Shown one piece after another: positions 13,072-26,600 of a stretch of 64,000 nucleotides of DNA. A program made the position numbers and the translations under genes. Location: contig CM082592.2 of NCBI GenBank assembly GCA_040954595.2, positions 3,550,735 to 3,614,734 of the forward strand, written 5' to 3'. How positions within the stretch are numbered: position 1 is the first letter of the stretch; each line of letters opens with the position of its first letter. This DNA is from Balanoglossus misakiensis (Eukaryota; Animalia; Hemichordata). The notes beneath the pieces are model-generated. The model searched no databases, was not told where the DNA came from, and saw only the letters and a program-made list of their open reading frames with translations.

Positions 13072-15098
13072 CTAAAAACGCAGTTTCGGCCGTTTGATTC
13101 GCCAGGCTCTTACTTCGGGTATGGCAGCAACTCGGTCGACGAGCGCGTCGAGTTTGGGATACATCTTGAGGAATTCGTGGTTTAAACCTTTCAGGTTTTC
13201 GCCTATCTGACTGAAGAACTTCAGATCTACCCAGGTTACCTGCAGAAAGTTAACATGTTATACCAGTCTGAGAAGACAACATGTAGGCCTATTCGTTAAT
13301 TAGTCAGGTAAATGGACAGAGGTAGAAAGCATTTGCACCCGGCCGTATTTTTTCTCGGTGACTATAAAATCACGATCATATTAGCGCTGTGCAGGTAGCT
13401 AATTCGCGGAGATATTTCCTCGTACAACGCATGTGTTTCAATGTTCATTAATGTGGACCAATGTGTTAAAACTTTTTGTGCGTATTTGATTTGCAATAGA
13501 AAGTGTTATGCGCCCTGTGGTTTTGAAAGTCGGGCAGACAAACAGAAAAGACGGTTGGGTGAACGAGCGGCCGATGGAGAGACACTGACAAACGACACAT
13601 ACTCCTCGCCACCACCAAAGAAACTTTTGATGTCACTATATCTATAGGCTAAAAGTATTAGTGTGATAACGTCACCATTCAGTACTCACAGAATCTCCAA
13701 CAAAGAAACCATTTCCTTCATTGTTATTGGTCAGTGCCCGTTCCAGGTTAGTCATTCTGGCCGGCAGCTGACTTGAGAACAATTCCTCAAACAGGGCTGG
13801 CTGATAAAAAATAGACAACAAAAATAAATGCGTTTCAGGCCATTTTATGACACATTCATAATTAAGAATTAACATTAAATATATATTTAATTAATTTTAC
13901 TTTAGTTTAGTTTAGTTTATATAAATGGGTGCTACTGGTATTACATCAATTCCCCCACGATGACTGATCACATTTTTCACAATGGCGGATTAGTAACATG
14001 GGTATGAAACACACTTACATAACATAACATAACACAACACAACATAACGTATAAACATAACATAACGTTCATAATAAATCACGTAATGGGGTGGGGGTTA
14101 TTGAAAAGGGCAAATAACCTTTTTATCCCATCTTGCAAAGAAGTAATCTCGAACGAAGGGAAATATTTCTTCTACCGCGTCCGCTATCATGTCCACCTGC
14201 GCCTTCTCCAAGTTAGTTTTACCCGCCAGACCTGAAGATCAAGCATCACGTGAGGGCAACGCAAATGTGAGAAATCTGAGGAGTATTTAGTGTACTTCCG
14301 CGGGAAATGACGAAAAAAGGTAAGGCGACCCCATGGGTACATTTACTTGCCGAATTCGTTGCTGAGATAGCGGGCGATGGCGTTAGTCTGGGCTAGGACG
14401 GTTCCATCCTCTAGTTCCAACACCGGTACTTCCTGGAACGGACACACTGCATAGATTTAAGTCAATGGGTGGGTGAAGTCAGATCGTTCGTGATCAATCA
14501 ACCAATGGATCGATCGGTCAATCAATCAATCAATCAATCAACAGTTAGCCAACTTTTACCACATTCTTCATTTCTCAATAACCAACAAGTTCTATTATCA
14601 AAGATGCGTCTACGTACTCACACATATTACATTTTCAAACCGCTTAATATCTGCGTACCTTTCCCATGTTTGAGTTGACGAAAAAGACAGAATAGAAGGT
14701 GTTTTGGCCTTTAACGACTCGCCCATGCTCAGTAAAACTCACCGGAACTCAGCACCTTGTTAGTATTGAAGGGATTTGTGACGGAAGGGATCGAAGTTCA
14801 CGTGCGTTGTGCACACACAGCGGTACCAGAGACATGAACACGGTAACCAACTCTTCGCTTTGTGTGGGTTCAGGGAAAAGTTTGTTGTGTCCTCACCCCC
14901 CCCCCCCTTCAATAACCAATGATTCTACCCTGGACAAATACAATACTTACAGTGTTTAAAATCCACCCATTTGGGAGCATTCATGGACGGGTCATTGATT
15001 CGAATGTCTTCATACTCCACTGCAGCCACAGCAAAGACCAGCCTGACCACTTCACCGCGAGCGTACACGTCAAAGTAGGTGTACTTGTATTTAGGCAT
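13072..15098 (-). CDS. Sigma-class glutathione S-transferase, 211 aa, 5 exons
   Basis: Minus-strand exons 15098-14951, 14446-14351, 14231-14119, 13800-13690, 13239-13072 total 636 nt and give MPKYKYTYFDVYARGEVVRLVF...CPFQEVPVLELEDGTVLAQTNAIARYLSNEFGLAGKTNLEKAQVDMIAD...FFVGDSVTWVDL...YPKLDALVDRVAAIPEVRAWRIKRP. The catalytic Tyr and sigma-GST motifs are present. Intron 2 is GC-AG. Confidence 0.93.
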
Positions 15099-15316
15099 AG
15101 CTGATGGCTGGAACTTGCAATACCGAAAGTGTGTGTTCAAATCTACTCAGAACTCGATTAGAACCACCAAAGCTCAGCCTAACTATCTTCGTATGTCAAC
15201 AACGCCCCACGAATATGTATATAGTTATATAACTACACTATGGTCACCGGGGTGACTGTGTATAAATACACAAACAGTTTACCATGTGTGCTAAAAGGGC
15301 ATCTGGTCAGTTACTA

Positions 15317-15490
15317 TAGACTCTCTCACAGCCCACGGTTCGCTACAACAAGCTCCACACTGATGCGCCCTCAACCGTTTGGCAAGGGAGAAGCAGCGTT
15401 TTGGTGTTGTGTAGCGAACCTCTCGCCGGGCACACATGCAATCAGTCCATAAGCCTGCATGGACGACGAGAGGGGCTGTGAGAGAGTCTA
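15317..15490. mobile_element. MITE with TIR TAGACTCTCTCACAGCCC, upstream of the GST start
   Basis: TAGACTCTCTCACAGCCC...GGGCTGTGAGAGAGTCTA; a second family member lies at 58917-59029. Confidence 0.85.
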
Positions 15491-17626
15491 GTCAGTTACA
15501 AACTCGGGTGAAGCATCTTGCCTGGGTTTGCAAGTCCAGGATACACGCAGCTGTGTTCCTGTTATTTTCCATGGAAAACGTCAGCGTTTATTTATACACT
15601 ATATTAAAAATGACTATGAAGATATATTTTTCTGAACAAAATTTACAAAGAAGTAGTACCGGGATACATGGATATATACAAAAACAATCTAAGCGGACAA
15701 AATACGGGGCAGGGACCAGACTATCAGTGATACAAGTAGGGCGCCATCAGTAAGTGTAATCAACATAACTTTCGTTTAGAGCATGAAATTTTCTGACAAG
15801 AAAAGTTTTGTTCACAATTATGAGATGTTTTACATTTTTCAAATGCCTTTACTCTGTCATTCACTCTTCAGTATAAGAATGCAATGGCATGCGACATCAC
15901 CTTGACATAGTTAATATTCAGATGTTGGTTTAGATTGGCACATTCCTTTTCGTTTATATCGTGGTACATCCATGATATCGTAACCAGATGCAAAGTTGAT
16001 ACGAGAATTTGACGTAGAGAACGCGCATGAATTCTTTAAGCATTTGACGCACAAAATGAAATTTTAACAATAACAGCAAGTTGTAACTGTAGTGTCGATG
16101 TGTATAGGTCACCAAGACCTTCCTCGCTTTTTTTTCTTTTCAGTGTATGCCAAGTGTGGCGCGCTTGTGTTGACGTTTGGCACTTTGTTGACGTTTGTCT
16201 TTGGTCAATATTTGCTTTGGTGTCAAGGGTCCGTTCCAGAGTTTTCTTGAACACGTACAAAGTATCATTGAGATAGCTGTTCAAACACCGTGTGGTTACT
16301 TCGGTTGTTCACAAACTTTTGACAGGTAAGGGCGATCTACTTCAACTTACCTGTTCGCACGGATGTGCTAAAATTCGCCCGAGAGTGGCAAAACGTTCCT
16401 GAAAAATATTTACTGTGTCGTTTTGTGCGTGGCAGAGAATGGCGATAGGCCATGTCTTGCGGGCCTATAGGGCGGGCTAAAATCTTCGAATCAGAAATAT
16501 TACACAACTTAACGGGGCTTTTAGTGTCGATCATCTTGCAGTGGGCTTTGAAACAACGCGTAAAATGTTGGATCGGAAACAGATGTTTGCTGTGTTTGGA
16601 AAAAAAAGGCGAAAGATTAGTAGTTGTACAGGTACAGGTGAAGCCATTGAAATTATGCTAATTACGTGATTAAATAACTGTCCATTATTTCTTGCTTGGC
16701 ACACGACCCTTGCCTTTCCAATTACACGAATTAGCTATTAGCGCAAGCTGAGGATTTTGTAAGCAAATCAAACAGGAAATTAACAACGGCGATTATCAAT
16801 TTCCCAAACTAACATTTGCTATTAGGATAAGGCCGCGTCTGTTAATTATTTTTTTCGCTGATACTTCAAAACGCGCTTTGTCATTGGATATCTTTCTCTG
16901 ACCTGAATCCAATCATGCGTAGCGTTTCAAAATGTATATGTAAAACAATAAGCGAGTGGTCACCTTTTGCGTTTTTTGCATTGGCGTACATGTACTTGTA
17001 TTACTTTCTTCGATAATGTAAACATCGTTTTGACGGACTTGGCTGGGGACAGTGAGACCACTTTGCTTCCGTCACATCAATCGATTTATAAGACCACATT
17101 ATCAACCACTAGCGCATTGACCGTATCATTCATCGCATGATATCTCAGATTTCGCAATTTCCTGTCGTTGGAAACTGAAGGGATTTATAGTAAGTCGGCT
17201 TATTCTTTCCCGTTCGCAGCCTATCAGGAGAGAAATCACACAGGCGGAGAAATAGTTGACATACTGTTGAATCATTTTGGTGTGTCCCCCCGGAACAAAG
17301 GTGTGCACAATAAAGCGCTGAGTTGACAGTGGGCGTTCGTGCAGCCAGCCGGTGACACAGTTATCCGGTGAACGGAATAGCCTTGCAAGCGTGTCGATTG
17401 TCAGTTGCGATCACCCGTGTAGCCAAAAGCAACCTTACCTTGCTCCGTTTACCCACAGGCAAAGATCTACCCATATTCGCCGTCGCGCGTATATATCCAT
17501 TATCTTGGGATTTTCCACGCAGGAGAGGTTGGTGGCGCTGTCCATAGCGCTGGAGTCTGGATATCTATTTATTGCCGCACCGTTCGATATCACATCGTTC
17601 GCCTGACATATTATATCACAATCAGC

Positions 17627-20600
17627 ATGAACTCGTGGTCGTCCTACAGCAGCGGCAGATTGGGCAGAAGTAGCGGGTCACCCAAATTTTCCGGCTACAC
17701 AAGAAACGGTAAGCGGGACACAGCTTCATTCGCCGTGGTTATTTTATCGCTGACATCTCCCAGCTCGAATCATGCGCTTTGTCTATGCCGTGTGAAGCTT
17801 CATTGTTGTGTGTATCATATTCTAATAACAGTCGTGTGTCCTTTGTTCTCTCCCATCCCACATCTCGCCGGGACCGCCGCACCGTCTGTCAATATTGAAC
17901 ATTTCATCAGGATATGACAGATCCGCAGACAAAGAGGTAAGAAGATTTTTTATTTTCGCTAAAATAAGCATTGCCACCGAGCTCTGGCAGACAATATATT
18001 AAAAACCGCGATAGTGATATTTGTTTATAACCCTGCCTTTGGCCCCTATTAAAATCAACATCAGATCGAAATAAGCCAGTCACGTGATGTGATGTAGCTC
18101 TCGTACAAACACAAACGAAATACAGACGGCTATTTAGACTTTCACGGCTAGAAATTGGGTTCGGCCGTAGGCCCTGAATAAAAGCTTATTTTTCGCGCAT
18201 AAGCTTATGCCGTTTCCAGCCGCCCACTTTGCATACCCATTACCGTATACAGCAGCGTGTAATGACGTTTTCACATGACCCTGTCGGCTTTGTCAGTTTC
18301 AACGGGGTTTAATTATCGAATTTTGACAGACATGTTAAAGACATGCACTGTTTATGATAAATCGTCAGCATAAAGCTTGGCTTATTTTTAAAGTAGCGAT
18401 CTTAAAAATGACGAAACCCAAATATCAGCTTCAAAACAGAAGCGATGACTCATTCCGATAAATTATTCATTTTTTATTCCCCTCCGCATAAAATGCTGGA
18501 CCCGAGCCCTTTATTAATATTTTCAAACAACGTGTAGATGACAGGGTTCACCCGCTAGCAGCATCACGTGGATCGCAGTAATAGCCGCGGTGCCCAATTG
18601 CTAACAAACGAAAATACCCGGCCCATCGGACGTGCCTTATCAAGAATATGATATATCGCTATAAAATTTATGAATTCATACTCATATAATTAATACTTTG
18701 ATAACCATTAGCTTGATCGGTTCTTAGTTTCACGATTCTTGAAGCGAATTTTGTTTGTTGGCAGTCGGCTATAACACACTCCACGGTAATAATATTTTAC
18801 GTCGAAGTTGTTTCCACCGGAGCGTTCACGGAACAAGACTGGTGTGTTTCAGATGCTGTTTTTAATGGAAACCATTTCCTGTAATCGGCATAATTTATTA
18901 TAAACACGTGGAAGTAGTTGCAAGTAACGAGATGTTGTCGAAATAACACGGGGTAAAATGGCCGCGTTGTTATCGTACCGATCTACAGATGGTAGGCCCC
19001 AGGATTGATTGCGGAATAAATTCATCCTCCTCTCGTCTATGACATGACGCAAACCTTGGAATTTGCATATAATGAAAACAAAACACGTCTGTGCCCCATC
19101 TGACAACAAGCAGTTGTGATTGGTCATTTCCCAACACCGCCACCTGGTCTGTATTATCGATTTGGTTGGTTTGAATCACACCTGTGTCAGCAAGACAGGT
19201 CACATTTTTTGGTGACACTCTTTTGAACGACATGGATGCGGATCACTGTCAGAAGTCAACATTATTTCAGTTTTCACTGAATGCACGATTAGTTATCGGA
19301 CTCTATGTGAAGCTTGTGTATTAATTGTGACGTAATCACGCCGCTGGGTTGGGCCTGTTTATGATTAATTCTCGAAATCGCAGCCTCACCAAAATACACA
19401 ACGCATTCAACGCTATCACTAATTTTATTTTCGTCGTCCATTAAGTTGAACGCGGACGGTGATTCAAACACCAATGCCCTCTCTGTCACGTCTACCCAAA
19501 CAACGCGCTTTAATATTAGTCTTGTACGTGGCTTGAATCATCGAATCGGTATAGATGGACTGTTCAGCTGGCTTAGTCTATTAATATCCTTTATTACGTA
19601 AACGTGTATATATTACACATGTATTTTCAAATTACAATGCTAGAAAAATGTGCATTTTTACGCTGTTCGGGCGACAAAGAAATGGGACCTGTGATTTTCC
19701 TATGCGTGTAATTAGAGACTGCGACATTCCCAGCAAATGGAATCCCCTCCAGTTAACCCCTAGTCGTTTTATTAATGGATTGTGTGGAGCACTGGTAAAT
19801 ACCAGGATTGACTCGTTGTAGTAACCTGGAGAGAAACCGAAGATTATTTGCCATGAATGGTGCCTTTGTATCTATCACAACTTAACAGCTGTAGTGAAAT
19901 AGATACGGTCCTTGGTTGTAAGTGAGGATTGCTTCATGTGCCCGGGGCCACGCACTTCCTGTATTCGCAGGCTTCTTCCGTCTTCGGTTAATGTACTTAA
20001 CAGTTAACGACCCAGGACTGTTTATTCTGGCCGAGATCTTCCTCAAAAGAGAGTGTGTCCGCCCGATGCATGGCCGACGCAAGCTGTGTGGCTCGGATAA
20101 CGCTGCCCTTAGACGTAAAAATAAACTGAGATCTCCAAGGCGTTGTGTCCTCAGGGGTCAGCTAGCCGGAAATACTTTTAGCTGTGACCGCGTCGACGAT
20201 GATCGGCCAAACATTTTCCGACAAAAAGATACGTAGGCCTAAACACGTTTGTCTACATGCAAAATGGAAAAAAATGGGCAATAATTAGAAAGACTTAACT
20301 AAATCTATTAGATTTTAAAAATGGCAAGTTGGTGGTACAAAACTATTTATACCACCAGTAAGAGCTTAGGTCCTACTACCTGAAAACAATGCTGTTAATT
20401 GTGTGTACTTGTGGAGATCCCTGACGAGGTGTCCGATTGCAGTGTTTTGCCGTGACCCAGACCGTGTCGTTTTAAATTACTATGCGTATAAAATCAAGTT
20501 AATGGGACACCAACGTTTTAAATCAATAAGACATATCCCCCGTGGGATATACTAGTATGCAAAAAGTGAAGTACAGTACGGTGTGGTGTTTACATATGAA

Positions 20601-23600
20601 ACAATACATTCCCTTTTCTTCAGCTCAGTGATGGAGGAAATGATCTTGCCTTATACCCTATAAAGCAACAACTGCCAACTCTCAGAGACGTTTACCATAT
20701 GTATATTAATTTTCTGGGTATTTATAAACACTAAAATATTACCAATTATATGTGATATTTTCTTACTGGGTAGACTATATTAGACATCCCTTCGATATCC
20801 AGTTTCACGGTCTGCCCGTTAGGTCAAGCAGAATAAATATCAAATGTTTATGTTGGCAATTTTTAGAAATTACACGATAGCTTAGCTCACAAATCAATTT
20901 ATATATGTTCAATTTATACGTATTTATCGGCGTTTATATGAAAATAGACATTTCGTGTCCTGGATGTTAAATGAACCTTTTGAAGCGAGATAAGACGGCA
21001 AGCCATCTGTGGCCCTGTCTGCAATAACAATATTGACGTGAATAATTAACGTTGGATTAGTCTCAAATGAAAGTATGTAGCTAGTCGAAAAAGTCACATT
21101 CCAGGCAAGATTTCTGAGAACGACTTAATTAGTTAAATGACGTGAGGATAGAATTTAACACGCGACAAAATAACTACGAAACGCATGGAGAGTGGATGTT
21201 GTATTCAGAATAATTGGCTTTATTGATGTCAAACTGTTTGTAAACTCTAGGCTTTTGCACTTTATTCTAGTTTACCTTACATACATTTTAGCTATATATG
21301 TATTTTAAAAAGTGCATGAGCCAGTGTACCCTCAATGATCAATGATCCAATTAATAATATGTTTTAGAACTTACTGCATCGTATTTGACTAAACCTGCTG
21401 TAGATATTGATCTGTCTTCATCTGACTGAACTGTGACACATTTGGCAGTGTCATATTAATCAACGACTAATTTGCATATTTAACGAATTAGTGCAATCCA
21501 GAGTCTGATAGAAATTAAAATTTAGGTACATACTACATTTTCTGTTGTACCGTGTGTACTTGACCCCGTCTTCTATGGATCTTTTATAACAGTATCAGTG
21601 TAATCGTCTGTAATTCTAAATATTTCACTCGTGGTTGGGAGTCATCGGAAAACACGTAGGAGGTTGGCTAATTGGATTAAACGTCGTTATTTATAACAGG
21701 CCGGCCAGAGAGTAGATCAGCAACGTGCTACAAATAACATCTGTCTTGGCCATCTGTTAGATCGTAGAGTACTGAGAGATGCTGTACAAATTAAGTAACA
21801 CCGACGCTAAATTGATCGTTATCATGAAACGAATCTTTTTCATGACTTTTGTCTAAAAATTAAGGAAAATTACAGAGTGTTATTGTGGTGACTCGCAAGA
21901 TTCCCTATGCACCGTTTGACTCAAGTTTATATTCACGTAAAACCACATTTTACAACATCGTCGTCGAAAAACACGTGCCTCTTTACGGCAATTGCTACGT
22001 GTGTTCCTGAAGCGTGTTCTGTTTAGCGTATCATCGTGGGACTGATCTCGAGAATGACAAATTACAGGTGAAACAATGCCTCTAAACATTTAGTTAATAT
22101 GCTGTGACCTCTACACTTTTAGTTATATTATGAAACTTATAGCTTGTCTCTGTATCACAACCACTGTGTAGTACAATATATGCAGCACGGCGTAGCAAGC
22201 TTGCTCTACATTACAATTCAGAATAGTAAAGGGCAACATCAGTACAACTGGATTCGAAGGACCTTGAATGATAAATTCTAAATATACCTGCATGTGTATA
22301 TTCACATCTTATTTCCACGCCCATTGTACTAGTAATAAGCATGCATCTTTTTTATCTGATTTCGAAAATGGCTTGGTGATAACGTTTAATTAAAATGACA
22401 TGGCGAGTTTCGTTGCCAACGGTAACAGAACGTGATGATGGTTGTCGGGTTGAGTTAATAATTGAATAAATTCTTGTGATTCACAAACCTGATATCACAA
22501 CGCGTGTAACTGTTAAGTCTATTACGGAGAAGTGTGGGGAGATAGCAAATATGGTTAGACTTTTCAGTTTGCGAATCGAATCTTAGATGCTGTAAACAGA
22601 AAATTGTAGCAGATTCAAAGGTCTGATTCTAATAGTAGGCCTACTGGCGTATAACGTTGTGTCAGCCCCACAGTGCTTCAACACACAGCGGCGTGAAAGG
22701 GCTGTTTTAAAAATATTTTTTGACAAAATCGTAAATAATAGTGAAACTAAGCATGCTTAATCCATAAATAACGCCTTGGGGAACAATCATGTTTTGATCG
22801 AATGTGGGAATAGGAGGTTTGCATGGAAAATCCACAGGGACCTATCAATTTGGAATGAGCTCTCAATACTTGGGATGGCTTGATATCACCAGTAACGAAA
22901 CCCCGCTGCGTTAAGTGGAATTATGGTGTCAGAACTATTAAACTGAAGTGTTTATAGTAAACTGCCCATAAAATGAAGTAACGATCTCTGCCTGGCGAAG
23001 TCGCGCGTGATATGACGCGTTTTGACAGAGTTCCTGCACACGAGACAGCCTTACTGAGTAGGTGACGTAACGTTGCAGGAAACGCATTTGCCCTTCAATG
23101 AACTTACGGACCCAGGGGATTGGCTTTACTGAATTTAATTTGTTTAGATGCAACCTGTCTTTTTAAAGTCACAATTATGACATCCGCGTCACGTGATCAA
23201 CCTATAAAGACATTGCAAGGCCGTTCAACCAGACCTGGTCGTTTACATCCTCTCTGCCATTCGTGTCATTGTACGGCAAGACAGTGACCGATTCCCCCGA
23301 GTGTCGTGGCGGCGGAAGCTTAATGACACCGTGGCCTAGATCTTCTTCTGAATCACACAATGCACACCCAAACATGCTTCAACGGATTTGCTTACTGAGC
23401 GTACAATTTCGTGTCTGTGATCATTCTCACGGTGATGTAGTAGCCTTGTGTACAGGTGTGCGTGCTCCCGGCGTTACACGGGCCCCCGGGAGAACGCAGA
23501 CATGTATATACGCAAGGCTAGGTGAAGTTGCAATGAATGAACTTGGAGATGTAGGGGGGTCAGTGATAAGTTGATAGGAAAGCTATGGCCATCATTTAGC

Positions 23601-26600
23601 GCACTTAAGGCCGGTTAGTTTCTGCAGACGACAGTCCTGTCTGACCATAGACAGTAGACTGTCTATGGTCTTCCATCGTCTGAGAAAATGAGTCATCAAC
23701 GGATGTTTATTGCAAATCAAGGTGACCCTAGATGTCAAATAACCGAACGACCGAGCAGAAACGAACCCACTGTGTAGGAAAAAGTTACATCCACGGGAAA
23801 GGGGGACTGAATTTACACTTTGAGTTGCATTTATTAACATAAGTTATGACTGAACTTGATAACAATCAGATATACATGCCTCATATCGTAAACTTGTCGG
23901 TACCAATCTGAAGAGTTGTGTGTCGTTGCTGCATTTATTATACTCCTGAACAGACAAATATGGAACTATTATATAACTCAATGTACGAATGGTACTAAAC
24001 TTCCTGCGTTAGTTTGCTAAAAATCTGCAGACAGGAAAGCAAACTCAACAATATAATTCAACTTCTGTTCATTAATAATATCTATTTATTTACTAGTCTA
24101 GCAATATATCTTTTTAAAGCAAATAATATGACTGGGTGAGCTTGTTCGAGTCGTGCACCAACAGAGCCACGCATATAGCAACCCGGTCAATTTGAGCGGT
24201 TCTAACAGTGGCTACTGGTCAAATACATCAAAACGTTTTCAAAGCACAATACCTTTATGCGGTTATGGGAACGTCCCGATTAATATTGATCACTATGGCG
24301 ATATCCACGTGACCAGGCAGAACAATCACAGCGCGCTGGTAGCCTTGGTACGTTCACCTGTACAAAGGCTAGTTACGTTAGTGTGATGATGGAGGGAGAC
24401 GTTTTTGATTACGCGTGCGTCGATTCCTGTACTGACACCCCCTGTCTGTCACCCGACGATTCGCAGACGGTGACGTCGCCGTTCAGCCCCAGAATACTGA
24501 AACTGTCCCGTCGTAAACCGATCTCGTTTCTTTCACAGGAGAGCCAGTCGCCACTTTCCAGGGACCGGGAGTACAGATCGTCGACCCGGTCGTCGGATTT
24601 CACCACCAGTCGATCGACGGAGTTCTCCAGCAGGAGCGAGTTCTCCAGCCGGGTTGGCGATCTGGGCACCCGCGGCAGCGATCTCAACACCCGCTCGAGT
24701 TCGTCAACGTCCGTGTCGTCGGCCTCGTCTCTCGTCGATGTTTCCAGCGGCGCCCGCGAGTATGTTGGCTTTGCCACGCTGCCGGACCAGGTTCACCGAA
24801 AATCGGTCAAGAAAGGTTTTGAGTTCACACTAATGGTTGTAGGTAAGATTCCAATAGCTGCTGATTTATTGGTCCGGTCCTTTGACACTTCCCGTCAACA
24901 AGTTTTGAATTTGGTGAACTCAGTTCTGTTGCCACCCAAATCTTTGTGCCATACTGAGGTGCTTTGCCAGTGGCACATCGGTCGCTATTAAAGTGTGACG
25001 TTCAAGGGAGGACATGTCGTGTTGTCCTATGATCATTGTCCTTGTTAGTATTCCTTGAATACACAATATACCGTCTGGTATACTACTTGTTTTCCACGGC
25101 ATGCGGCCCTGTTTCGAAGTCCGAGAAACCAACTTCGACAACTAGACAATTTAACAATTAAATCACACAGATTTTTATTTTATTTTATTTGCCGTGACAG
25201 GGAGTCAATTTCCAAATTACGACATCAATGTCGATCCCGTTGAGAAGGAAAACGACCTGTCTACACGCAAAACGCCTGGTTGTCCATTCATGGCCGATGG
25301 ATCGTGGCGGTGTATCGCTGCGGGCCAGCGGTACAACAATTTAAACAAGGCGTCCATTCAGTCAACGTAATCGCTTACAATTCATGCCTTTTGCAGTTCA
25401 AAGGAGTCTAAATACGGCGCTTTCAAATGTATTTACTAATGAGAAAAGAACGCAAAACAATCCAATTCTTCGACGTCTGCCTGCCCTGCAGAAATGAAGG
25501 AGACATATCTGTCTTGGTTGCGTCTATTATCAGCATAAATACAAGAAAAGAATCTTTAGTTTTTGTCTTGGTTGTTTTTATGTATTATTTACTGATTTTA
25601 CAAAAGAAATCTGATATACTCGACCTCCACGATCAACGTGCACACTCTGACACGACAGCTTTGTACACAACATTAAAAGTCCGAAAGGGCCAAATTACGC
25701 GTATACTTTGACACGACAGGGTCGAACTGTAACCTCTATACACAGAGTGGCTGATAGCGTCGTCAAAAACCCTTTCTTTCGCGGCTTTCAATCACTCAGG
25801 AATGTTTAGAGATCAGTGCCTTTCGACACTATATAATGAAGGGTTCTCTCGGAATGTTTGCAGAAAAAGTGGGCTTTCGGAAGTCTCTATAGAACCCCCC
25901 CCCCCCATAATAAACTGTTTTTGTAAAGAATCAATATTTTACCAAGCGATACATTGTGGTTCGCAGGTGAATCTGGTCTTGGCAAGTCAACGCTGGTGAA
26001 CAGTTTGTTCCTAAGGGACTTGTACAAAGATAGGATACTTCCTAGTGCCGAAGGTGAGAAGTTTATTCAGATTTCCAGGTGTGTTTTGACAATCACACAC
26101 AGTCGAGAACAGCCTACGGTTGTCAAGATAAACACAGAAAGACTGTCTCTAACAGATATTACTGTACATTGTTGCCCGAAAGCTGGCTCTCAGTAGTACG
26201 AGCGACTTTGAAATCGAATGTAAAGAATATTGTATCGCAAGGACGTCAGCTAACATTATGGTCACCTGCACTGTTCATGTTAAATTAAAATTACCGTAAA
26301 ACGGCCAAAGTTTACGACATTTCCACCTTTGCGGAGAGTGACATATGTAAGACATTCCAAAGTCTTCGTGAACTTTGACACTTGATGTGTTCACTTTTCC
26401 GATGTTTTACCTTTTCCAGAACGTATTTCGAAGACGGTGAAGATCGACAAATCTACGGTTGAAATCGAAGAACAGGGCGTAAAGTTGAGACTGAACGTGG
26501 TAGATACACCTGGATTTGGAGACGCAGTCAATGGCTCTGATTGGTAAGTACATGTTACTGCTGGCCAATCGGGTGTTAGCTTTTGAACGAAATCATCGAC

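Noticed and set aside
23643-23670. 13-bp-arm hairpin GACCATAGACAGT-AG-ACTGTCTATGGTC
   Set aside because: Isolated short palindrome, probably a MITE remnant, with no further support.
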